64,000 bases of DNA from Candidatus Latescibacterota bacterium (GTDB lineage Bacteria; Latescibacterota; UBA2968): positions 3,680,001 to 3,744,000 of the forward strand of contig OZ242320.1 in assembly GCA_965208125.1 (NCBI GenBank). Direction: 5' to 3'. The translations under genes were made by a program, and so were the position numbers. Under the pieces are notes generated by a model that made no database searches, was not told where the DNA came from, and saw only the letters and a list, made by a program, of their open reading frames with translations. Positions 18,225 through 25,536 of this stretch are shown here, piece after piece. Every line of letters starts with the position of its first letter. Position 1 is the first letter of the stretch.

Positions 18225-19970
18225 ATGAACGACGCTCAACAACCTCTCAATGCTCTGCCCCAGGGCCACCGGCTCCAGGAATACGAACTGGTACGCGTGC
18301 TCGGCTTCGGGGGATTCGGCATGACCTATCTCGGCTTTGATCACAACTTGGACAAAGCCGTTGCTATCAAGGAATACCTCCCATCCGATATTGCCACCCG
18401 TGCAAGCAATAATAGCGTTGCTCCGCAGGCCAGTCAGTTTCACGATGATTTTGAATGGGGATTGGGTCGTTTCTTAGATGAAGCCCGCGCCTTAGCCCGG
18501 TTCGATCATCGCCATATCATTAAAATACATCGTTTCTTTGAGGCACATGGCACAGCGTATATCGTGATGGAATATGCTGAAGGTGAGACCTTGTCGGCGT
18601 TGCTGGAACGCAAAGGGACATTGAGAGAAGCTGAACTCAGATCGATACTATATCCGCTTCTTGATGGTCTGGAAGTGGTGCATGGGGCTGATTTTCTACA
18701 TCGGGATATAAAGCCTGGCAATATCATCATTCGTGATGAGGACAATTCGCCAGTGTTGTTGGACTTTGGTTCAGCGCGTCAGGCGATAGGAGCAAGGAGC
18801 CGTTCAGTTACGTCGATCATCACGCCGGGATATGCGCCTATAGAGCAGTATTCGAGTCGGGGAGATCAGGGGCCATGGACGGATATCTATGCGTTGGGAG
18901 GCGTATGTTATCGCGCACTGACGGGTGAGGTGCCGGATGATGCGACAGATCGTATGCGGAATGATCCGCTTATTCCAGTGATTGAGCGATACGCGGGGCA
19001 AGTGAGCGAGGAGTTTCTTTCTGCGATAGATTGGGCGTTGCAGGTAGATGAAGGGGACCGCCCGCAGAGTATCGTTGCATGGCGGGCTGTGTTGCAAGGT
19101 GAGACACAGGCCCTGCACGTCAATGAAGGTACAATCTCTGCTAGCCCAGTTGTGCTGCGTCCCAAGACTTCGGTGCCTACAGGCTCTGCACCCCCTGCGG
19201 CGGCACGTCAGGAGGAATTGGAACTTCAGGACAAGGTTGAGAATTTGGAAAGCAGGCATGGTCTGGAGTTTGTGTGGATAAAGCCTGGGACATTTAAAAT
19301 GGGTTCTCCGTCCTCTGAGAAGGACCGCTATGATAATGAAGGTCCAGTCCATATGGTGCGGATAAGCGAGGGATTTTGGTTGGGTAAGTGTGAAGTAACG
19401 CAAGGCCAGTGGGAGAGTGTGATGAGAACGCGGCCTTGGCAGGGAATATTCAAAATCAAGCGTTATGTGCGTTCAGGTGCGAATAATCCAGCGGTATATA
19501 TCTCTTGGAATGATGTTCAAAAATTTATTGGTCGGTTGAACGCGGCGGCGGGTTCAAAAGTATATCGTTTGCCTACTGAAGCAGAGTGGGAGTATGCGTG
19601 TCGGGCAGGGACGCGTACGCGTTGGTCTTTTGGTGATGATGAGAGCCAATTGAAACATTATGCGTGGTATGCTGATAATGCGTTGGGTGAGAAGTATGGT
19701 CATAGCGTGGGGACAAAGCGAGCAAACCCTTGGGGGTTGTATGATATGCATGGGAATGTATGGGAATGGACACAGGATTGTTATAAAGATAGCTATTCGG
19801 GAGCACCCACTGACGGTTCTGCATGGAAGTCTCAGAACTGCGATATTCGCGTATTGCGTGGTGGTTCGTGGTACGACGAACCGAGGAGCTTGCGTTCGGC
19901 GAATCGCAGCAGGTACACCGCCGGGAACCGGTACAGCAGCGTCGGTTTTCGGATTGTCCGGCGTTTTTAA
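18225..19970 (+). CDS. Ser/Thr kinase 6: kinase-FGE-sulfatase, no TM
   Basis: Kinase motifs; FKMGS, RLPTEAEWEYACRAG, GLYDMHGNVWEW, RGGSW, GFRI. Confidence 0.93.
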   Translation: MNDAQQPLNALPQGHRLQEYELVRVLGFGGFGMTYLGFDHNLDKAVAIKEYLPSDIATRASNNSVAPQASQFHDDFEWGLGRFLDEARALARFDHRHIIKIHRFFEAHGTAYIVMEYAEGETLSALLERKGTLREAELRSILYPLLDGLEVVHGADFLHRDIKPGNIIIRDEDNSPVLLDFGSARQAIGARSRSVTSIITPGYAPIEQYSSRGDQGPWTDIYALGGVCYRALTGEVPDDATDRMRNDPLIPVIERYAGQVSEEFLSAIDWALQVDEGDRPQSIVAWRAVLQGETQALHVNEGTISASPVVLRPKTSVPTGSAPPAAARQEELELQDKVENLESRHGLEFVWIKPGTFKMGSPSSEKDRYDNEGPVHMVRISEGFWLGKCEVTQGQWESVMRTRPWQGIFKIKRYVRSGANNPAVYISWNDVQKFIGRLNAAAGSKVYRLPTEAEWEYACRAGTRTRWSFGDDESQLKHYAWYADNALGEKYGHSVGTKRANPWGLYDMHGNVWEWTQDCYKDSYSGAPTDGSAWKSQNCDIRVLRGGSWYDEPRSLRSANRSRYTAGNRYSSVGFRIVRRF

Positions 19971-20122
19971 CTCTTGATTCTTTACTCCTTTACCTCTTTT
20001 GTAGGGAAGGGTAGATAAATGAAGATGGAATTTTTTTTAAAAGAGGTCTTGTGCAGTTAAGGTGATAGATCAGATGCAGGGTAAAGCGGCTTGATCAGTG
20101 CAGATGAAAAGGAGAAAATATT

Positions 20123-20320
20123 ATGGCGGGGCAAGGTTCGGGCGGTAATGTTCTGGCAGCTTTGTGTAGCTTTTTTATTCCGGGTTTGGGCCAGTTGCTT
20201 CAGGGGCGTTTGCTAATTGCCCTTTTCCAATTTGTTTTGGCGGCCATCCTGTGGTTTATCTGGATGGGCTGGATAATCCATCTGTGGTCAGTTTTGAACG
20301 CGGCCCGGTGGAGACCATGA
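20123..20320 (+). CDS. Small two-TM membrane protein
   Basis: RBS AAGGAG; GNVLAALCSFFIPGLGQLLQGR (TM2-like motif). Confidence 0.8.
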   Translation: MAGQGSGGNVLAALCSFFIPGLGQLLQGRLLIALFQFVLAAILWFIWMGWIIHLWSVLNAARWRP

Positions 20321-20382
20321 GCGCATATAATCGTTAATATCGACAATCGTGCTCAGGTAGAGTACGCGATAAGAGGAAGTAT

Positions 20383-21579
20383 ATGGACCTTTTAGACGGA
20401 CGATTTGCCGCGCAGCAAATTCCCGGTGGGCGGGAATATCAGGAGGACGATTACGGTCTGATTGAGCCGGGTGATCCCGATGCTGATGGAAGTGAGGTAT
20501 TATTGATAGCCGATGGGATGGGTGGACACGTCAGCGGCGATACGGCGAGCAGGACGGTGGTCAAAACCTTTGTGGAGACCTATCACTGCACGGATGGACC
20601 GGTGCCGGATCGTCTGCGTGCTTGTCTCAATGCGGCCAATGATGCTCTCGCCGAAGCAATCAAAGAAAACCCTGAATTGGAGGGCATGGGATCGACTGTG
20701 GTCGCAGCCGTTGTTTCACAACACGGACTCGACTGGATCAGCGTGGGCGATTCCCCCTTGTGGTTGTTCCGCGATGGCAAGTTGCGCCGTCTCAATGCCG
20801 ATCACTCTATGGCACCTGTGCTTGCGAACCTGGTGGCGGTTGGGCGTATGACTGAGGAAGAAGCGGCGACGGATCCCAAACGCCATGCCCTGCGTTCGGC
20901 GGTTATGGGCGATGAAATTCACCTGATTGATGTCTCATCGCAACCTGTTGCTGTTCGGAAAAGTGATCGTCTGTTATTGGCGAGTGATGGTTTAATGACG
21001 CTTGAGGATGGGGAGATCGCGGGTATTTTACAGAATATGCAGGACGCAACTTTGTCAGAAGTCGCCGATGCACTCATCCAGGCTGTGGAAGAGGTCGGAC
21101 ATTCCAATCAGGACAATACGACGGTGTTGCTCTACACTCCGAAGGCCGATTGTGGGGTAGAAATGCTTCCCGTTGATATTGCCCAAGAGGCGCCCAAACA
21201 GCGCGAGGAGACTGAGCGGGCAGGTCGAAAGAAGGGCCTGTTTTGGATATTGTTATGTGGGGTTTTGGTTGCATTTGTAGTGCTCGCGTATTGGATCACG
21301 TCGCGCACGCACCACGAAGAAGCCACGTTTGAACCCCCACCGGTACCGCAGGTAGAGCCAACCAAACAGGATGTTTTTCTACCGGCTATGAGAACTCCTG
21401 ATTTAGAAGTGCAGCCAGGTGGCAAACCTCCGCAGACAGAACTCCCCGTAGAGAATGCGCCAGCACAACTTGATACAGGCAAGGTAAACGGGGAATCACC
21501 GAAAGAAAAAAACGAAGATACTTCAACAAAGGCATCTGCACCGCCCGATACTACGACACAATCGAAAGGACCGATGTGA
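20383..21579 (+). CDS. PP2C/PPM phosphatase with TM and Pro-rich tail (copy 2)
   Basis: Catalytic domain nearly identical to 13035..14234. Confidence 0.93.
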   Translation: MDLLDGRFAAQQIPGGREYQEDDYGLIEPGDPDADGSEVLLIADGMGGHVSGDTASRTVVKTFVETYHCTDGPVPDRLRACLNAANDALAEAIKENPELEGMGSTVVAAVVSQHGLDWISVGDSPLWLFRDGKLRRLNADHSMAPVLANLVAVGRMTEEEAATDPKRHALRSAVMGDEIHLIDVSSQPVAVRKSDRLLLASDGLMTLEDGEIAGILQNMQDATLSEVADALIQAVEEVGHSNQDNTTVLLYTPKADCGVEMLPVDIAQEAPKQREETERAGRKKGLFWILLCGVLVAFVVLAYWITSRTHHEEATFEPPPVPQVEPTKQDVFLPAMRTPDLEVQPGGKPPQTELPVENAPAQLDTGKVNGESPKEKNEDTSTKASAPPDTTTQSKGPM

Positions 21580-21635
21580 ACGACGCACAGCACCGATTGG
21601 CACTACCACAAGGCACTCAAATACAGGACTTTGAA
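21576..21635 (+). pseudogene. Truncated seventh kinase (first 20 codons only)
   Basis: MNDAQHRLALPQGTQIQDFE matches the kinase 4 start, then switches abruptly to AT-rich DNA. Confidence 0.85.
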
Positions 21636-21717
21636 GATCCTCTTAGTGTAATAAATAGAAAAAGAAAGAGAATGGTATAGAGATGTATTATTATTTTATA
21701 TTATATTTATTTTTAGT

Positions 21718-21746
21718 TTTACTTATGAATTTCGTTTTAGTATATT
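21718..21746 (+). promoter_or_regulatory. Putative sigma70 promoter with AT-rich upstream tract
   Basis: TTTACT-17 nt-TATATT. Confidence 0.5.
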
Positions 21747-21960
21747 GTTCCTCTGAAGGGGCAGATCTTTATGGTAGAGGGTAGCTAAAGATAAAGGGCC
21801 GAATAGAAATTACTGAATAGCTATTTTAATTGTTAATTATTAAATCCATTGATAGGTAATAAGACCGCCGAATGGTGGTTTGTTAAATTACGGTGGCCTG
21901 ATGGGATAAAAAATTATCAACATCATCCATCAGACACCACAACCCAATTGGGAGGAAGAT

Positions 21961-22386
21961 ATGAATAAAAAACAAAAAGAAGTTAATGTTAACGCGCAGG
22001 ATAGCTCTGATCAGATGTTACTACACGAGGCGGCCAGTAGAAACGCTTTTGTGACAGTGGAGAAATGGCTGAGAAAAGGTCTTGATGCAAACACAAAGGC
22101 CCAAAATGGCGATACGCCGTTGCACTATGCGGCAAGGGCGTACGACGCTCCTGAAACGGCAAAGGTATTGCTCAAATACGGGGCTATGGTCAACGAGAAG
22201 AACATTTTTGGCAATACGCCGTTGCACTATGCGGCGGTACATGACTTTCCTGGGATGGCAAAGATGTTGATTGAACACGGTGCCGAGGTCAATGCGGAGA
22301 ACATTTTTGGCAATACGCCGTTGCACCGTGCGAATTCGTATAGATCTCATAAAACAGCAAAGGTGTTGGATCGTCACGGTGCGTGA
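21961..22386 (+). CDS. Stand-alone ankyrin-repeat protein
   Basis: RBS GGAGG; about 4 GxTPLH repeats; no signal peptide. Confidence 0.9.
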   Translation: MNKKQKEVNVNAQDSSDQMLLHEAASRNAFVTVEKWLRKGLDANTKAQNGDTPLHYAARAYDAPETAKVLLKYGAMVNEKNIFGNTPLHYAAVHDFPGMAKMLIEHGAEVNAENIFGNTPLHRANSYRSHKTAKVLDRHGA

Positions 22387-22524
22387 GGATAAACGCTTTG
22401 ATGAGGTGATCGCAGTATGAGATTACCCCGGAATCTATCTGGCGACGATTTAGCAGGATTGTTGCTTGTTCTCTCTGTTTATTGGTATTAATCGGTTTGG
22501 AAAGCACACATGAAGTTTTGCATA

Positions 22525-22923
22525 TCATGTTGCGTCCATTTGCCGTGCTGAGTTGAGAGAGGGTGCGAGCTCAGCATACGGCTCTATCTCCCGCTCAATT
22601 TTGAGACGTACTGTGTGCTCGGCGACATCGAGATCGTAGCGGGTTTGAAGATTCATCCAGAACTCAGGCGTCATGCCAAAGTAGTGACCAAGGCGTAGCG
22701 CGGTATCGATTGTAATTCCATTGATTCCATGTACGATAGCGTCTAAGTCCTTCTCAGAAACCTTGATACCTTGAGCAAGGCGAGCCACACTGAGATTCAT
22801 CGGAATAAGGAACTCATCGCGCAGGATCTCGCCAGGATGTACCGGAGATAGTAGCTGTCCGGTTGTGACTTCCGAGAAGTCAACCTTTCGCCGGTCCAGT
22901 TCTTCGCGTTTAATGGTCATCAT
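22525..22923 (-). CDS. higA: HigA-family antitoxin (XRE HTH)
   Basis: PVHPGEILRDEFL, TALRLGHYFGMTPEFWMNLQ. Confidence 0.9.
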   Translation of the reverse strand: MMTIKREELDRRKVDFSEVTTGQLLSPVHPGEILRDEFLIPMNLSVARLAQGIKVSEKDLDAIVHGINGITIDTALRLGHYFGMTPEFWMNLQTRYDLDVAEHTVRLKIEREIEPYAELAPSLNSARQMDAT

Positions 22924-22931
22924 TTATCTCC

Positions 22932-23213
22932 TCAATGATAGTCAACGATCTCGACCTTCCACGATGCACCATCGCGCCAGACGAAGCAGATACGCCATCG
23001 GTTATTGATGCGAATACTGTATTGCCCTCGACGATCCGCTCGTAAAGCCTCGAGACGATTGCCAGGTGGTGTAAGCAAGTCGTTGAGCCTATTAGCAGCA
23101 TCAATCGCCAGAAGCTTCGTCCGTGCCCGTTGCTGGAGTTGCAGAGGCAGGCCTCGAACAGCATGTCCCGCAAAGATAGCCGCGGTGCGCTTGTCTGCAA
23201 AGCTCTTGATCAT
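22932..23213 (-). CDS. higB: HigB-family (RelE-like) toxin
   Basis: MIKSFADK, PPGNRLEAL, YSIRINNRWRICF, VEIVDYH; toxin-first gene order. Confidence 0.92.
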   Translation of the reverse strand: MIKSFADKRTAAIFAGHAVRGLPLQLQQRARTKLLAIDAANRLNDLLTPPGNRLEALRADRRGQYSIRINNRWRICFVWRDGASWKVEIVDYH

Positions 23214-23405
23214 GCGTTAATCATGCGTTAATGTAATGACAAATGGATGATCAGTGACATCTATCCGCTACTTCCAATCTTGTATCCGCTTTCCTTTGTG
23301 TTTACAGAGGAATTTTTCCAGAATTGCCGAAAATAATAGCCGATTTGATCTCGCGTGTCAAGAATTGTCGTGACTAATCAAGAAAACCCTGCTCGGCTAC
23401 CCAAC

Positions 23406-23433
23406 GGGCGGGCACGGGGGCACTGCCCCTGCA
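23406..23433 (-). repeat. GTAG-type REP-like palindrome (degenerate)
   Basis: Reverse complement is GCAGGGGCAGTGCCCCCGTGCCCGCCC; resembles 58499..58524. Confidence 0.5.
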
Positions 23434-23468
23434 TTGTATAGATGGACTGCTATTGAAAGGATTTTCCT

Positions 23469-24581
23469 GTGAAAATTGATGCTGCGGAAATTCGATATGT
23501 CGAGTTGCCGCTGATTTCGCCGTGGCGCACGGCTTATGGCGAGGATGCGACGATTCATTCGGTGATGGTTAAACTCTCGGGTGGAGGAACCGCTGCTTGG
23601 GGTGAGGCTACGCCGTTTTACGCGCCGACTTATTCGTCCGAGTCGGCACGATCTGTGTATGAGACAGCGCGGGAATTTTTCTTGCCGCATCTGGTAGGAG
23701 AGCAAATAGAGACGGCAGCGGAACTGATGGCGCGGATTGCGGTGTTTAAGGGCAATCCTTTTGCCAAAGCATCTGTGGAAACCGCGTGGTGGGCATTGGA
23801 TAGCGTGTTGAAGGGCATACCACTCTGGCAGTCGCTGGGCGCAACCGATCCTACGGTGGCATGTGGTGCTGATTTTGGTGTGCAGGATACGGTTGATGAG
23901 CTTCTGTCACTGATCCAGGGTGCTGTGGATATGGGATATCCGCGGATCAAATTGAAGGTACGACACGGATGGGATATCAAGATGCTCAAAGCCGTGCGCT
24001 CGGCTTTTCCCGATCCCGTGATTCATGTGGATTGCAATTCGGGATATGATTTGAATGCGGATTTTGATACGCTCAGGGCATTTGATCAGTTCAATTTGGC
24101 GATGATTGAGCAGCCCTTAGATCATCTGGACCTGATTGAGCATGCGGAGTTGCAAAGCCAAATTGAGACGCCTGTGTGTTTGGATGAGTCGGTAAAACGC
24201 CCTCGGGATTTTGAACTCGCATTGAAAATTGGCGCCTGTCGCGTGATCAATGTAAAACCCGGTCGCGTGGGTGGCTTGTTAAATGCTGTGAAAATTCACG
24301 ATATGGCGCGCGATGCGGGTATAGATGCCTGGGTGGGCGGGATGCTGGAGAGTGGAGTTGGTGCTGGGATTTGTGCGGCGTTGGGTACGCTGCCGGGATT
24401 TAACTATCCAGCAGATGTGTTTCCATCCCGCAAGTTCTATGTTGAGGATATTACAGATCGGTGGATTGAGCAGGATGAGAATTGTAATGTGGTACTGGAT
24501 GAGACACCCGGTGTTGGGTTTGATCCGATTCCTGAGCGTCTGGAGAAAGTGACGGTTATGAAGGCGGTTGTAGAGGCGTAA
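23469..24581 (+). CDS. menC: o-Succinylbenzoate synthase / N-acylamino acid racemase (enolase superfamily)
   Basis: RIKLKV, VDCN, EQP, LDES, VKPGRVGG, GGMLESG. Not in a men operon, so a racemase role is possible. Confidence 0.8.
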   Translation: MKIDAAEIRYVELPLISPWRTAYGEDATIHSVMVKLSGGGTAAWGEATPFYAPTYSSESARSVYETAREFFLPHLVGEQIETAAELMARIAVFKGNPFAKASVETAWWALDSVLKGIPLWQSLGATDPTVACGADFGVQDTVDELLSLIQGAVDMGYPRIKLKVRHGWDIKMLKAVRSAFPDPVIHVDCNSGYDLNADFDTLRAFDQFNLAMIEQPLDHLDLIEHAELQSQIETPVCLDESVKRPRDFELALKIGACRVINVKPGRVGGLLNAVKIHDMARDAGIDAWVGGMLESGVGAGICAALGTLPGFNYPADVFPSRKFYVEDITDRWIEQDENCNVVLDETPGVGFDPIPERLEKVTVMKAVVEA

Positions 24582-24601
24582 ATAAAACTACAGTAAAAAT
24601 G

Positions 24602-24646
24602 AAAAATAACAGTCCTGCTGGATCCGGTAGGATTGTTTTATTTTTT
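24602..24646. terminator. Bidirectional intrinsic terminator
   Basis: AACAGTCCTGCTG-GATC-CGGTAGGATTGTT with flanking A and T runs, between convergent genes. Confidence 0.75.
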
Positions 24647-24648
24647 CC

Positions 24649-25536
24649 TTAAGCGAGCGCAAATTTTCCCTCAATCGGTTCTACGGTGACAGATACCGTG
24701 AGTGCGTGTTGACCACCGCCCAGGACTACGCCTTTGAGAGGGGTGACGTCGGCAAAGTCTCGGCCCCAGGCCACGGTGATGTGCCGGTCACCGGGCAGGA
24801 GGTTGTTGGTCGGATCAAAGTCGATCCAGCCGTGATTGGGCAGGTACACAGAGAACCAGGCGTGGGAGGCATCCGTGCCAATCAGGCGTTCTTTGCCGGG
24901 AGAGGGCAGGGTCTCGAGATAGCCGCTTATATAGCGCGCGGCCAGACCCATAGCGCGGAGGCAACCGATAGCCAGGTGGGCAAAGTCTTGACACACGCCT
25001 TTGCGGTGTTTGAACACATCGGATAATGGTGTGGATATGGTAGTGAATCCTGGTACGTATTCAAAGTCGTTGTAGATGCGTTGGGTGAGGTCGCTAACCG
25101 CTTCTATAAAGGGACGGTCTTTAGAAAATGACGGTTCTGCATATTTTGTCAACTCGGGGACGGTAGTGGCTTTGGGAGAATCCAGTACAAATTGGCGCAC
25201 TGAAAGAAGGTCGGGAACGGTAGTGGTTTTGAGGATATGACACACGGTTTCCCAGGACATATCGCTGGTCAATTGGGTTTGCGATACGATATGCACATCG
25301 CTTTCGGCTGTGACTGAGAGGATATTGTGGGGTTGTTCGATGGAAAAATAGGCGGTGCGATTGCCAAAAAAATCTTTTCGCTCGCGAAAAGATGCTGGCT
25401 GTGGATTGATGGTGATGTGGCTATTCAAGCATGTCTGATTGAAAAAACTGCGCGGGCTCAATCGGGCTTGATTGTGAGACAGGCCTACGGTCTCTGCATA
25501 TTCGTAGTGGCTCTGATGTGTGATGCGATAATTCAT
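24649..25536 (-). CDS. Transglutaminase-like protein
   Basis: GVCQDFAH, ASHAW, DFDPTN triad; GRDFADV. Confidence 0.92.
   Translation of the reverse strand: MNYRITHQSHYEYAETVGLSHNQARLSPRSFFNQTCLNSHITINPQPASFRERKDFFGNRTAYFSIEQPHNILSVTAESDVHIVSQTQLTSDMSWETVCHILKTTTVPDLLSVRQFVLDSPKATTVPELTKYAEPSFSKDRPFIEAVSDLTQRIYNDFEYVPGFTTISTPLSDVFKHRKGVCQDFAHLAIGCLRAMGLAARYISGYLETLPSPGKERLIGTDASHAWFSVYLPNHGWIDFDPTNNLLPGDRHITVAWGRDFADVTPLKGVVLGGGQHALTVSVTVEPIEGKFALA

Noticed and set aside
5051-18745. Recurring short antisense ORFs (MSSSRMM...)
   Set aside because: By-products of conserved kinase codons in each paralogue.
2-21635. Type VI secretion system
   Set aside because: Only kinase/PP2C/FHA-like regulators are present; no tssB/C, hcp, vgrG, clpV or tssJLM in the window.
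21854-21900. c-di-GMP-I riboswitch
   Set aside because: Only a faint resemblance of one hairpin; the conserved GCAAA motifs and GNRA loop are absent.
4836-22386. Complete DGR in the window
   Set aside because: No reverse transcriptase, Avd or AAC-rich template repeat found by eye.
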